From Macrostomum lignano (Eukaryota), in NCBI GenBank assembly GCA_002269645.1, contig NIVC01000656.1, positions 1 to 64,000 of the forward strand: DNA of 64,000 bases. The letters run 5' to 3'. This document shows positions 12,135 to 26,100 of this stretch, in pieces. Position 1 is the stretch's first letter. Each line of letters starts with the position of its first letter. Both the position numbers and the translations under genes were made by a program. Below the pieces are notes generated by a model. The model was not told the origin of the DNA, ran no database searches, and saw nothing but the letters and a program-made list of their open reading frames with translations.

Positions 12135-13440
12135 TTAGTTGGCCGGCTTCTTTTGCTGCTGTTGCTGCTGCTGGCCGTGACTCTTCCGCTTCTGCAGCTG
12201 GCCCATCCGGCAGACCCGGTCACGGCAGGCCTGGCACGTGGCCGAATTGTGCTCCTTCTTCGGATGGCCCATTCGACGGTCTACGCGCTTCCTGTGGGCC
12301 GGCATGCCGTAGTAGAGGTGGCCGACTTGATGGTACAGGTTCTCGATGACCTTCTCAACCTCCTCCTGGTACCAGATGGCGTGCTCATAGTACTGACTAT
12401 TGCAGTCGGTGCACTTCTGGCCGTACAGCTTGAAATGAACGTAGCCCTCGTTCTTGGCGTCGTCTTTGTACACCCAGAAGACCACTTGGCCGCCCATGCT
12501 AGTCCAGGCTTTTTGGCATTTCTGTAAATAAACAAATTTAAATCTACTGTTAGTAGGCGTCGTAGCATATAAACGGATTTTTTTCTCAAAACAAAAAAGT
12601 TTTTAATCTAGCAAACTTATTTGTGTATTTTATTGCAAAATGAAGATAGAAATGAAAGAGAAACAAAAGCTCAGCACTTACGTAGCAGATGAAGCGGACT
12701 TTGGCCTGATCTTTGAAGTAGCGCCACTGATTCCTGGGGATGCCAGTGTTGTCAACGTCCGGCGGGTCGAACACCGGGAATAGGTGCCAGCTACCGAACG
12801 AAAATCGGCTGAAAAAATCCACGAAGCGTTCGTGCCAGACGATTTCCATTCTGAAAGATTGAAGATAATTTAAATTTATTGAAGTTGATTTAGTTTTAAA
12901 GTAGGATCTCAAGTTAATAATAATAGTAAAGAATTCGCGTTTAGCTATGTGTACTATCGATACATATCGGCAGAGAATAAGTAATTGAGAAAATACTTAC
13001 TGTTGGCTAAGCGCCATGTCCACCGGCCTGGGCCCGGCGATACGGAATCCGGCCAGATCCTCGGCCAGCTGGCTAGCATCGGCGTCAGGCGATTCTGGCC
13101 GAGCGGAGTCGCACGGCGAAGCGGCTCGACTGGGCGAGGACTGCGCCTGGATCGAATTGCTGTCCGAATCTTTGTCCTCGCTCTCGTAGCCCGGATCGGG
13201 GCGACGCTGCTGAGGCTGTTGCATCGGCGACGACATTGCAGGCGAAATCAGCGCGGACGACTGCAGCGGCGCTGGTGGCGGTGGCGCCGAAAACGCGGAC
13301 ATCGGCATCGGCACTGACATCGTCGGCATTGGTGGCGAAGGTAGACAGCAGAACGGCGGCGGTGGCACGCTAAAGTCAAGGCCGTGAGGCGGCGGTGGCA
13401 CAGAGATATTCACTGGGTGCTGGTAGCCGTAAGTCGACAT
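12135..13440 (-). CDS. 3CxxC zinc-binding domain protein (RTP/ZAR1-like family), 331 aa; exons 13440-13001, 12850-12682, 12521-12135
   Basis: GTAAGT donors and (T)TTCAG/TACAG acceptors join in frame: Pro-rich N-terminus, then WHERF...WRYFKDQAKVRFIC-YK-CQKAWTS...FKLYGQKCTDC...EHAIWY...H-NSATCQACRDRVC. This is the three-CxxC-plus-His pattern of RTP-type zf-3CxxC domains. No C-terminal TM helix. Confidence 0.9.
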
Positions 13441-15744
13441 TATATTGTTAGGCAAGTAAAAATGATATTCGCAGCAGAGCTTGCTTAAGTTTGCTTAGGA
13501 GTTGCTTTTGGCTTGAAGGGCCTCTGGCTGCCAGCCGGGGATCTTGTTATATAGGCCCCTGATTCGAGGGGCAGTCTATTTTTAGAACTGAGTCAACCCA
13601 AAGCAACGTAAGAAACACGTTGGCAGAATGGGGCCCGATTCCACTGTACTGCAGGGCGGGGGTTGAAGGCGAATCCTCGACCTAAGGAAAATTCTAGAAT
13701 TTTGGCATCTATTTTTAGGTCAGTGGATACTATTCGTCAGATTCTATTTTTAGCATCACGCTTCAGTAGAGGAGAGAAATAACCACGGCTTTCCCCTGGA
13801 CTCGCCATTGGTTTGCAAGTAGAAGCAAGTCGCCACACGCGAGGGTATGAGAAGAACGGGGTTGGTTGGCGCCCACCCCCTCCGCATGCGCGCCACCGCA
13901 CATTGCAAGTTCATTTGGTTCAGTTCAGTGGGGTTGGTCACGCGAGAGTGGAGTGAGAAAAAGTAGAGAGGAAAGGCGGGAGGGCAACTGCATGGCCAGG
14001 GTCGTCATTCAAGTTCGCTGTGTCATTCAATTTCTGAAACAAAATAAAAGGGAACTTCCACCTCAGTGGCATTAAAATAAAGTTTAACTGAAATGAAACG
14101 GAGGCGTGCCAAGTGCCAACTAATACAGTGTGGTTAGATCAGATTAAGGCATGGACAGTTAAATGAGTGTTTAAAACAGATTATACGGTACGCATGCGAT
14201 GCGCATTTGTAAAAAGTTTATGATAGAAATGACAAACTAATTAATGGTTGCAAGTTTTCGAAGTTTAATTTGAACTTCGAACGTTTAGGTGCAATGAAGC
14301 TTTTCAGTTGGTCTGGTCTAGATTCGGAACGGATAATAATAGAATAACAGAAAGTCTCGTGATCCCATCCCAATCCCTTAGCAACACATATTTAGTTATC
14401 TAAATCCCTTACAGCGTGACATCCCCATTTTTCCCAGTTGATCCCCATTCCCCATTCAATACTGCACTTACGTTAAGTCAGCTGATTTTTTGGTGCAGGG
14501 GAATAGCGGATAGGAAATGCAGACAGAAGGGTATATAATTACTGTACATTAGCCATTTTGGTATAAGCCATAAAAATATTGTAATCCACTCAATAAGTGT
14601 ATTCATGACAGGATAATATCAGTTATTAAAATTTACTAGATAGTTATTGCTTTCATGACGAATAAAAAGGAACTTTTTCCAAGTTTAGTTTTAGTTCCTT
14701 ATTCTAAGGAACAGATACAAATATTTCCACGCCATCATTAGTTCCGTGTTGGCCCACCCCAAACCTGCCCGCCCTTCCTCCTCACGGTAGATTTCTTAGA
14801 AATCATGAAATCAGCTCAAGGTCATAAAATGTTTCTAGTAGAGTTAGCTAGCTGTACGCGACATTTTGTTGTCTGGGCGGGAGGCCATGAATTCCTCTTT
14901 CCAACTCTCCCTCAAGTGACAAATCCGAAGTGATCAACTTGACCAATGTACATGCTGGCCATAAACACACCAATGTACAATCTATTTTTAGATCTGGACG
15001 CACCCCCTCTGTCTGTCCACGCGCCAGCAGATAGAAACGGAGTGACTTGGGGGTAAGTTTCATATGTTAGACGGCGTGTCATTTCACGCTGGAACTTATG
15101 CGTCACTGTACGCCCTGAGCTGGCTCAGTTGGCCCTCGCTCTGCTGCGTACGTAATGTGTACGTGTACTGTCTGTCTGTCTGATTGTGGAGAGTAAGCCA
15201 AATGAAATTTCCTACGAAAACATTTGAGTTATAATACAGCTAAGCCAAACAGCCTACTAATCGTTTTCTTGTTTGTTCAGTAGGCTTCAGGGGTCACGTC
15301 ACGTCACGTGTCAAAAATTGAAATATCGAAATCAATAATTAGGAAATGCATGTACGGCAGCTAAACCCTGGATTTATTTTTACAAATCCAGTCCACCAGA
15401 AACACAGACAAGCTCATGATTAGTCGGAACAGAATGGTAGATTTCTGTATTAGCGTATTAGCGATGTGTATTAGCGATAGGATAAGCAGAGAAAATTCGA
15501 GAGGGTAAAACAAGAAGGGTCACACTCACATGCAATGACAAGGCATTCCTGTCTTTCGTTAAGTGTCTTTTCCGGATCGCTTTCACAAGACCGAACTTTC
15601 ACATCGTGGAAAACTTGATATAACAAGGACCCTGCACCCCCAAAAATACACCCAAATTTGTGTTTAGGAGCGCGGAGTTCTAAAACAGTAATTTTTCAAA
15701 CTTTTTACACAACCATTTAATTGGCTTCAGTTCTCCTTCAGTTC

Positions 15745-16360
15745 AGGAGAGAAGAGGAGAGGAGAGGAGAGGAGAGGAGAGGAGAGGAGAGGAGAGAAGA
15801 GGAGAGGAGAGGAAGAGGAGAGGAGAGGAGAGAAGAGGAGAGGAGAGGAGAAGAGAGTAGAGGAGAGTAGAGTAGAGTGGAAGAGAGTAGAGTAGAGTAG
15901 AGTAGAGTAGAGGAGAGGATAGGAGAGAGGGGAGAGGAGAGGAGAGGAGAGGAGAGGAGAGGAGAGGAGAGGAGAGGAGAGGAGAGGAGAGGAGAGGAGA
16001 GGAGAGGAGAGGAGAGGAGAGGAGAGGAGAGAGGGGAGGAGAGGAGAGAGGGGAGGAGAGGACAGAGGAGAGGACAGAGGAGAGGAGAGGAGAGGAGAGG
16101 AGAGAAGAGGAGAGGAGAGGAGAAGAGAGGAGAGAAGAGGAGAGGAGAGAAGAGGAGAGGAGAGGAAGAGGAGAGGAGAGAAGAGGAGAGGAGAGGAGAG
16201 GAGAGAAGAGGAGAGGAGAAGAGAGTAGAGGAGAGTAGAGTAGAGTGGAAGAGAGTAGAGTAGAGTAGAGGAGAGGATAGGAGAGAGGGGAGAGAGGAGA
16301 GGAGAGGAGAGGGGAGGAGAGGAGAGGAGAGGAGAGGAGAGGAGAGGAGAGAGGGGAGAG

Positions 16361-16391
<31 letters not shown>

Positions 16392-16744
16392 GGGAGAGGG
16401 GAGAGGAGAGGAGAGGAGAGGAGAGGAGAGAGGGGAGGAGAGGAGAGAGGGGAGGAGAGGACAGAGGAGAGGACAGAGGAGAGGACAGAGGAGAGGAGAG
16501 GAGAGGAGAGAAGAGGAGAGGAGAGGAGAGGAGAGAAGAGGAGAGGAGAGGAGAGAAGAGTAGAGGAGAGGAAGAGGAGAGGAGAGGAGAGAAGAGAAGA
16601 GGAGAGGAGAGGAGAGAAGAGGAGAGGAGAAGATAGTAGAGGAGAGTAGAGTAGAGTGGAAGAGAGTAGAGTAGAGTAGAGTAGAGTAGAGTAGAGGAGA
16701 GGATAGGAGAGAGGGGAGAGGAGAGGAGAGGAGAGAGGGGAGAG

Positions 16745-16775
<31 letters not shown>

Positions 16776-16950
16776 GGGAGAGGAGAGGAGAAGAGAGTAG
16801 AGGAGAGTAGAGTAGAGTAGAGTAGAGGAGAGGAGAGGATAGGAGAGAGGAGAGGAGAGGAGAGGAGAGAGGGGAGGAGAGGACAGAGGAGAGGAGAGAG
16901 GGGAGGAGAGGACAGAGGAGAGGAGAGAGGGGAGAAGATAGGAGATTAGA
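15745..16950. repeat. (GAGAG)n/(GAGTA)n polypurine pentamer array
   Basis: Direct reading. Confidence 0.95.
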
Positions 16951-16972
16951 GAGAAGACAGCTGAGAAGAGAC

Positions 16973-17065
16973 AAACCTTAGGAGGGCCGGATTGCTATTG
17001 TAAAGTTTCAAAGGACCCGAGGGCCGTATAGAGAGGCTTTGCGGGCCGGAGTTTTCCGACCCCTG
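16973..17065. mobile_element. Right end of a hAT-like MITE, homologous to 48047-48132
   Basis: Ends GCGGGCCGGAGTTTTCCGACCCCTG (reverse complement CAGGGGTCGG..., a hAT-type TIR). Shares AAACCTT..GGCC.GATTGCTATTGT.AAGT.TCAAAGGACC with 48047-48100. Confidence 0.65.
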
Positions 17066-17719
17066 AGTTAAACAAAGCAAGAAAGCAGCATAAGATAAAA
17101 ACGTAAATTCAAAATAAAATAGAAATAGATGTAGGCAAGTGGAAAGGACAATAAAGGGTGTCACACTTTGAGTTTTTGTTTAGAAGCAGCTAAACATACC
17201 GGATAGCAAATCTAGCTCTAATCAATTGATACATTATATATTATCAGTTGTCACAATGCATCTCCAGCAAGCCGCATATTTCGACCTTCCTACTTACAGT
17301 AAGCTACAATGATAACGAACCGAAATTAAGATAGTTAAAGCCGATGGAAGTCTACTCTTAAAAATAGTTTTTCTGAAGTAAAACAAAGGACAATTGCTTG
17401 TGCGGCGTTTTGAATTTTGTATTTTGTCGAACATAAAAAATGAAATCGAAACACACAACACATGTTAACAATAGAAACTTTTTATTAATGCTATTACCAG
17501 TTTATGAGTTTTTACCAATGTTTATTGTACCCGTTATATGGACAATATTAGATTTGAATTATTTACTAAATATATTAAGCAATTTCGACTACAATTAAAA
17601 TAAGGAAAAAATGCTAAAATATGATAAGAAAGAATTGGTACTTTTAATGCACTAATTGCCTCGGTTCACTAGAGTGGTTCAGCATGTAACACTTTCCATA
17701 TACTGAGTCTCTGGGAATT

Positions 17720-18390
17720 CTGAGCAAACAATAAATACCCCATGAGTCCCTGGGGGCTGGGGCAATCTGAGAAATCAATAAATACCCCATGAGTCCCTGG
17801 GGGCTGGGGCAATCTGATAGATCAATAAATACCCCATGAGTCCCTGGGGGCTGGGGCAATCTGAGAAATCAATAAATACCCCATGAGTCCCTGGGGGCTG
17901 GGGCAATCTGATAGATCAATAAATACCCCATGAGTCCCTGGGGGCTGGGGCAATCTGATAGATCAATAAATACCCCATGAGTCCCTGGGGCTGGGGCAAT
18001 CTGAGAAATCAATAAATACCCCATGAGCCCTGGGGGCTGGGGAACTTGAGCAATCAATAAATATCCCATGAGTCCCTTAGGACATTCTGAGAAATCAATA
18101 AAGACCTCATGAGTTTTTGGGAAACATGAGAAATCAATAAATACCCTATAGAGTTTTTGGGAAAACCTGAGAAATTAATAAATACCCCATGAGTTTTTGG
18201 GAAAACCTGAGCAATCAATAAATACCCCAAGAATCCCTTAGGACAATCTGAGAAATCAATAAATGCCCAATAAGTCCCTTAGGACAATCTAAGAAATCAA
18301 TAAATCATATAAATCTGAGAAATCAATGAATACCCCATGAGTCCCTTATGACAATCTGAGAAATCAATAAATACCCAATGAGCCCCTGGG
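17720..18390. repeat. 47-bp minisatellite (GAAATCAATAAATACCCCATGAGTCCCTGGGGGCTGGGGCAATCTGA)
   Basis: Direct reading; copies degenerate to the right. Confidence 0.9.
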
Positions 18391-18505
18391 GCAATTTAAA
18401 AAAACAAATGCCACACGAATCTTGAACAATGTGACAACACAAACTTTTTATTGAAAATACTTGAAAAGCGAGACTACTGCACCACTAAGCGAATCAATCA
18501 CTATA

Positions 18506-21500
18506 CTACTGACAGTAGATTGTTACCCGACCGCAATTGACGCACACATTGAAGGCAGACTCCGGCTGCGAGGCATCCAAATCACAGGCGACGCCATTAG
18601 CCAGCCACAATCGCTGATTAGTCAAAGCCAGGGTGCCCCGGTCAACATCAACTCCATCTGCTAGCCAATCCTTCAATTCCCAATCCTTCACAGCAGCATC
18701 CAACTGTTGTTGGCGCCGAGCGTTGGCATTGTTGACAGCTAGGCGAATAGCTCGACCGGGTAGGGTTGACGTGCGAGTACAGCCGCACTCTTCACAACAG
18801 CTGCTGCTTCTGTTGCCAGTGCTGTTGCTGCTATCAGTGCTAATCAAGTCGATAGCTTGGTCCAACTGCTGGGCGGCGGTTTTCCTGGAATCAATTCGAT
18901 AGCATTCGATGCTGGCATTGGCCAACCTGGGCTGCACAGTTTCGCAATAGCCGCCAGCTGCTAGGAATATTCGGCGACAGTTTCTGCTGCTGCTGCTGCT
19001 CCTAGAAGATATTAATTGGCTAACGGTGGACTCGCGAGCCTTGGACATGTTTGACAGTGAACTCGGCGTGCAGATCACTTCGATGCCGAACTGGTCCCGC
19101 AGGCGCGAGTCTAGACCGCGAAGTGCGGGATCAACTCCCACTATAACAGAGCCATTATTAGTGCTCGCTGTCTTCAAATCTGACTCTGCCATTGCTGGAA
19201 GAAACATTGATTCGACAATTAGGCGGCTCTCATCGCTAGTAGCGGCCAATAGAAGCGCCTGGCGCACCAACAGCGGGCACAGGGCGTCCAGAGCGGCGTA
19301 AACAATCTGACTGCGGCGCAAGGGTCGCCGGGACCAGTCGCTCAGCCGTTCAGATTTGTCCAAACGCCTGCCGAGCACTTGCTGGCACAGTTCGCTCAGG
19401 CCGCGCTCGCCGCCACACTCGTCTGTAGCGGACCGGTTCAGCCGATGCAGCAGCTCCGGATGCTCGGCTACTAATCTCTTTGCTAATCCGTCCAGATCAA
19501 CCAGGCCGTTGAACTGAACAGCAGAAGGCAGCGGAGAGCCAGCCGCAGACAGAACTTGACTTAATCGGCGAAGATCTTCGCCAATGCCGATGCCCAGCTT
19601 GGGCACCGCGGGATCGGCCAGGACGCCAGTCAGACTGAGCCAGTGCTGTTGCTTCACCTGCAACAGGCTGGGCAAGTCGAATAGGTAAACTCGACGGTTG
19701 GGCTCCTCAATTGCAATCTGTAATAGCTGGATTAAAGCCGATGATGAGGCTGGGCAGCTGTTTGAATTCGATGACCATTCAGCGTCAATGCCGAGACGAC
19801 TGGCTGCCTGTTGAATGGGAATAGAAATGATGGAGTAGATATATTCTTACTGATTAGCGTGCAGTGACTTTAAATGGTGTACTGCATGGCTTCACGTATG
19901 ATCAATATCAGCCTCTTAGCTTGCAACCTGTTAGAGTGCAGCCTGGTAGATAGAGTGCAGCCTGGTAGATAGTGTAACCTGTTAGATAGAGTGCAGTCTG
20001 TTAGATAGGATGTAACCTGTTAGATAGGGTGTAACCTGTTAGATAGTGTAACCTGTTAGATAGAGTGCAGCCTGGTAGATAGAGTACAGTCTGTTAGATA
20101 GGATGTAACCTGTTAGATAGGGTGTAACCTGTTAGATAAGGTGTAACCTGTTAGATAGTGTAACCTGTTAGATAGGGTGTAACCTGTTAGATAGGGTATA
20201 ACCTGTTAGATAGGGTGTAACCTGTTAGATAGTGTAACCTGTTAGATAGGGTGTAACCTGTTAGATAGGGTGTAACCTGATAGATAGGGCGCATCCTGTT
20301 AGATAGAGTGCAGCCTGTTAGATAGTTTGTAACCTGTTAGATAGAGTGCAGCCTGTTAGATAGTTTGTAACCTGTTAGAGTGCAGCCTGTTAGATAGTTT
20401 ATAACCTGTTAGATAGAGTTCAGCCTGTTAAATAGTGTAACCTGTTATATAGAGTGCAGCCTGCAAATCCCCCAATCAAGATCCCGCAAAAGACCAGAAA
20501 AGGGAAAATTATAGAAACTTCAATGTTAGAAAAAACATTTCCTAACCGTGCTTTATTCACTGATAAAAATCTAATCGATTTGATCAACAAACACAATACT
20601 ACTGTAGACGCGGGGTCAACGATGCGTTAAAAACCCGATAGCAAAAACGCATATTTATATACAAGCGCCTAACGGGACCTGCGAGAAGGCCAGAGCAGGC
20701 ACACACGACACACAGAGAAAGCAAGTTTGACTTAGTTGCCATGGGCGGTACTCAGTCCTGGCTATCGTGCGACAAAACCTATCCAAACCCAACAGGGCAG
20801 TCGCAGCCGCCTATTAACTCGGCTGGTAGTCACCATGGCAGCATTAATCACACGACCGATGCAGGCAGTTTGCCATTGGCAATGGCCATGTTTTTAATCG
20901 CACTATTGGGTGTATTGGTCTGCACCTGTGTGGCCAACTGCTTAGCCATCGGTTGCGGTTGCTGCTACTGCTGCTGTTGCCAAACGAACAGTGGTGAGCA
21001 GCAAGGACGCCAGGCCGATGATAATTCTGGCTCTGCGCCATCCAGTGAGGCTGAAGACTCGGTTAACGACGATGATGATGAGGTAGTCAAGATAGTGACG
21101 ACGGCGTCTGAGCTGCCGCAGGCGCAGGCCCCAGCACAGCCAGCTGCTGGTTTCCATGACAACGCAGGATTTTTGAGCTACTATTATTGACAAAGATCGA
21201 CTCTGCGTGACCCGAGCTGACCTGACTCTGCGTGACCCGAGCTGACCCGACTGCTGACTCCGCGTGACCTGACTCCGCGTGACCTGAGCTGACCCGAGCT
21301 GACCTGACTCTGCGTGACCCGAGCTGACCCGACTGCTGACTCCGCGTGACCTGAGCTGACCCGAGCTGACCTGACTCTGCGTGACCCGAGCTGACCCGAC
21401 TGCTGACTCCGCGTGACCTGAGCTGACCCGAGCTGACCTGACTCTGCGTGACCCGAGCTGACCCGACTGCTGACTCCGCGTGACCTGAGCTGACCCGAGC

Positions 21501-22644
21501 TGACCTGACTCTGCGTGACCCGAGCTGACCCGACTGCTGACTCCGCGTGACCTGAGCTGACCTGACTCTGCGTGACCCGAGCTGACCTGACAAGGAACCT
21601 GCGTGACCCGAGCTGACCTGACAAGGAACCTGCGTGACCCGAGCTGACCTGACAAGGAACCTGCGTGACCCGAGCTGACCTGACAAGGAACCTGCGTGAC
21701 CCGAGCTGACCTGACAAGGAACCTGCGTGACCCGAGCTGACCTGACAAGGAACCTGCGTGACCCGAGCTGACCTGACAAGGAACCTGCGTGACCCGAGCT
21801 GACCTGACAAGGAACCTGCGTGACCCGAGCTGACCTGACAAGGAACCTGCGTGACCCGAGCTGACCTGACAAGGAACCTGCGTGACCCGAGCTGACCTGA
21901 CAATGAACCTGTGTAACTTATTGCAACAAGAAGACTTCATAAGAACTATTGACGCAGATAAATAAATAGCGTTAAACGCGTCTGAATCTCGCGCTGCACG
22001 ACCCCTGGTTCGATTCCGTGTGATTAATTCGGGGTCAGCCATGAGGCCCAACCCCCAAGGCACAGAGACTGTACATGCCTGACTATTAGAAAGTCAAAGG
22101 GGCCGCTGTACACCCTGTTTGAGCGAGTGTATGAGTGCGTGCCTGAGCACCGCGTTGGCTGTGGCATGATGTCGCCAGGGTTGGCCTATACAGCTCGCGA
22201 ACACCAACCTGAATGTGGCCAACAGCCAGTTGAAATTCCTCAGCCGAATCAACCCAGACAACACCATCCGACTCCAATTCCAACGGTAGAGTCAGTGTTG
22301 GCGACTCGGCTGAAGCACTGGCACTGGCGAATCCTCCGGGAAAGCCCGCTGATTGGTCATCTTCGCTATCGGCTTCCGCCCAGTTGCCGGGCAGCTGCCG
22401 CCAGGCCTCGTAGCGATCCTGCAGCCGGTGAGGCAGGTCCTCCATAGTCCAGCAGAACTCTTGCAGGGAGTAGTTCAACGCCTCGTCCAGCTTGCCGTGC
22501 TGCATCAGGCTGGTCACGATTTCGCGTTGCAATTCCGGGTCGTCCAGAATCGGATCGATCAGCTGATCGAGCTGCTCGGATAGGGCCGCCCGACTCAGGC
22601 AGCGATTGATGAGGCGCCTGCGAGTGATGGTGGAACAGACACTA

Positions 22645-22677
<33 letters not shown>

Positions 22678-22748
22678 CTAAGACAGACAGACTAAAAGAC
22701 AGACACTAAGACAGACAGACTAACAGACAGACAGACAGACAGACACTA

Positions 22749-22813
<65 letters not shown>

Positions 22814-22896
22814 CTAAGACAGACAGACAGACAGACACTAAGACAGACAGACAGACAGACAGACACCAAGACAGACAGACAGACAGACAGACACTA

Positions 22897-22945
<49 letters not shown>

Positions 22946-22948
22946 CTA

Positions 22949-23013
<65 letters not shown>

Positions 23014-23068
23014 CTAAGACAGACAGACAGACAGACACTAAGACAGACAGACAGACAGACAGACACCA

Positions 23069-23105
<37 letters not shown>

Positions 23106-23108
23106 CTA

Positions 23109-23149
<41 letters not shown>

Positions 23150-23152
23150 CTA

Positions 23153-23199
<47 letters not shown>

Positions 23200-26100
23200 G
23201 ACAGACAGGACAGGACAGATAATAAGACACGCAGCAGCAACTCACTCTCGCAGCAGGAAGCGGACCTTATCAGCGGTCAGTCTCTTAGCCCTAGCCGGAC
23301 AGACATCGGCCGGGTCCACCCCGAACTTCTTGGTCAGCCTGTCCAGCAGTTTGCGCAGCTGCTGCGGCAGCAGTTTCTCCGGGCGCAGGTCAGGCAGCCG
23401 GCGATCGTTCAGTTCTAAAACTAAACTCTTGCCATTCTCTAAAGCGTCGTCAAGGTAACGCAGAGTAGCTAACTGAGCGTCCGGATTCGAGTCCAGGAAT
23501 TCCTCGGCAACGCCAACTTTGTCCTGGCCAATCAGAGGCAGCACAAGTTCGTCGGGCGATAGCAGCTCTTGAATGTACAGGGCAGTGGCAGCCTGAGGTG
23601 GGCGAGGCGGTGAGGCCAGTTGACTTGTTGGTTACCAGCTTACTATCAGTGTTTAGCTGCACGAAATTATAAAGTCAAGTGACCGATCAAGGTCCTACAG
23701 AATAGCGGTATGATTTATCACGGAAAATGCATGAATGTGCGTTAAATAAGGGAGAAAAAAGGATAGAAAACGGACAAGGAAAACAAAAGGGGGAGAAGCG
23801 AGAGAAAGGAGAAGAGAAGAAGAGGGAGGAGAAGAGAGAGGGGGGAGAAGGGGAGAAAGGAGAGATGGGGAGAAGTGGGAGAGCGAGAGAAGGGAAGAAG
23901 GGGGAGAAAGTGGAGAAAGTAGAGAAGGGAGACAGGGAGAAGGGAGAGAAGGGAGACAGGGAGAAGGGAGAGAAGGGAGGCAGGGAGAAGGGAGAGAAGG
24001 GAGACAGGGAGAAGGGAGAGAAGGGAGGCAGGGAGAAGGGAGAGAAGGGAGACAGGGAGAAGGGAGAGAAGGGAGACAGGGAGAAGGGAGAGAAGGGAGG
24101 CAGGGAGAAGGGAGAGAAGGGAGGCAGGGAGAAGGGAGAGAAGGGAGGCAGGGAGAAGGGAGAGAAGGGAGACAGGGAGAAGGGAGAGAAGGGAGACAGG
24201 GGAGAAGGGAGAGAAGGGAGACAGGGAGAAGGGAGAGAAGGGAGACAGGGAGAAGGGAGAGAAGGGAGACAGGGAGAAGGGAGAGAAGGGAGACAGGGAG
24301 AAGGGAGAGAAGGGAGACAGGGAAGAAAAAAGCAGGGACAAAAACTTAAATACTGACCGGCTCCAACGCCCTCCAACCCTGTAGCAGCTCACCTGGGCAG
24401 CCTCCTTGTACAGGTGCAATTCAATGAGACGCCGGATAACAACCAGAAACGATTGCGCAACGGGCCTCTCAGTGAGCTGAAACGCATCGCCAACCAGACA
24501 GAAGAACTGCAGGCCACCTCTGTAGCCAAGGCAGAAGGCCAATTGCTTGAGCCAAACTGGCAGAGCCCGGCCGCTTTGCCTCCGCTCCCGCTGCCAGTCA
24601 ATTAGCTCGCTGACGCAGACCAGCTCAAAGCTGCCCGGCTGGCCAAATTGCTGCTTCTGCTGCGATTTCTTCTTCCTGCCCGAATTCGGCACTCTACACC
24701 CGGAGTCAGCCAGACACCAAGCCGCTGTCCACGGACTGCCGACCGAGTCGAAGCAGCGGCGAAGAGCTCGACGAAGTTCGGGCAAATTGTCAACTCCAAT
24801 GGCCTGGAAGCAGTGAATAGTACATCTGAGGGGATTCTAATGCTAGAGATGGGATCTCAATCTTTGCCGGATGGGATCTCAATCTGTGACAGATGGGATC
24901 TCAATCTGTGACAGATAGGATCTCAATCTGTGCCGGATGGGATCTCAATCTGTGACAGATAGGATCTCAATCTGTGCCGGATGGGATCTCAATCTGTGAC
25001 AGATGGGATCTCAATCTATGACAGATAGGATCTCAATCTGTGCCGGATGGGATCTCAATCTGTGACAGATGGGATCTCAATCTTTGCCGGATGGGATCTC
25101 AATCTATGACAGATACGATCTCAATTTGTGCCGGATGGGATCTCAATCTGTGACAGATGGGATCTCAATCTGTGCCGGATGGGATCTCAATCTTTGCCGG
25201 ATGGGATCTCAATCTGTGCCGGATGGGATCTCAATCTGTGCCGGATGGGATCTCAATCTGTGCCGGATGTGATCTCAATCTGTGCCGGATGGTGTAATTG
25301 CCTCGCAATATTATTATCAATTTGTTCTAAATAGGCGAGTGAGTTATATTATAAATGTACATCTTGTGTCGCATGAGTCATGTACGCCGTACGCGTAAAA
25401 CCTCAAATATATATATCGCTAACCTGGCCAGTTAGGGCCCCATGCTTGATTTTCTCGCTCAGCTTAACACGCGGCCTTGAGACTTTACAGTGGCGTCGCA
25501 AGCAAGCCCACTTTGTCCAGTCACTCATGGCTCAATTCATCTCACTGCCACCCCCTGAGCAATTCAGCACTAGTGCAGATCAACAGAATGCCGGTAAACG
25601 CTGGAACAAATGGTCCGATCATTTTTGTGACTTTATCGAAGCGTCAGGCATCAAAGACGAAACTCAGAAGTGCAAGCTCCTGGCCTACACGGCCGGCAGA
25701 GAAATCGCGGAAATCATTAAAGACCTGCCAGATGACAAGAAAGACAGCCTCAAAACTCTGCTCGCAGCAATAAAAGAGCACTTCAAGGAGCGCAACAACA
25801 TCGTATTTGGCCGCTATCAGTTTCGTCTATGCGTTCAGCAAACCGGAGAGCCAGTGGACTCCTGGTACTCCCGACTCAACTCAGCGGCCGAGACATGCGA
25901 GTTCTCAGCACTCAAGGACTCCCTAATCAGAGATCAGATAGTGGCGACATGCTGCTCCGATAAACTTCGGCGAAGATTGCTGCAGGAGTCCAACATCTCT
26001 CTCGGCGATGCGTTGAGACAAGCGCGCGCGTTTGAAGCAGCAGAAGAGCAGGCCACGGCCATTGAGAACTCCAGTAGCATCGCAGCAGTGCACAGAGCGG

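Noticed and set aside
25380-25526. ORF-track start of gag inside the 5' LTR
   Set aside because: It overlaps the LTR and PBS; the ATG at 25527 is the plausible start.
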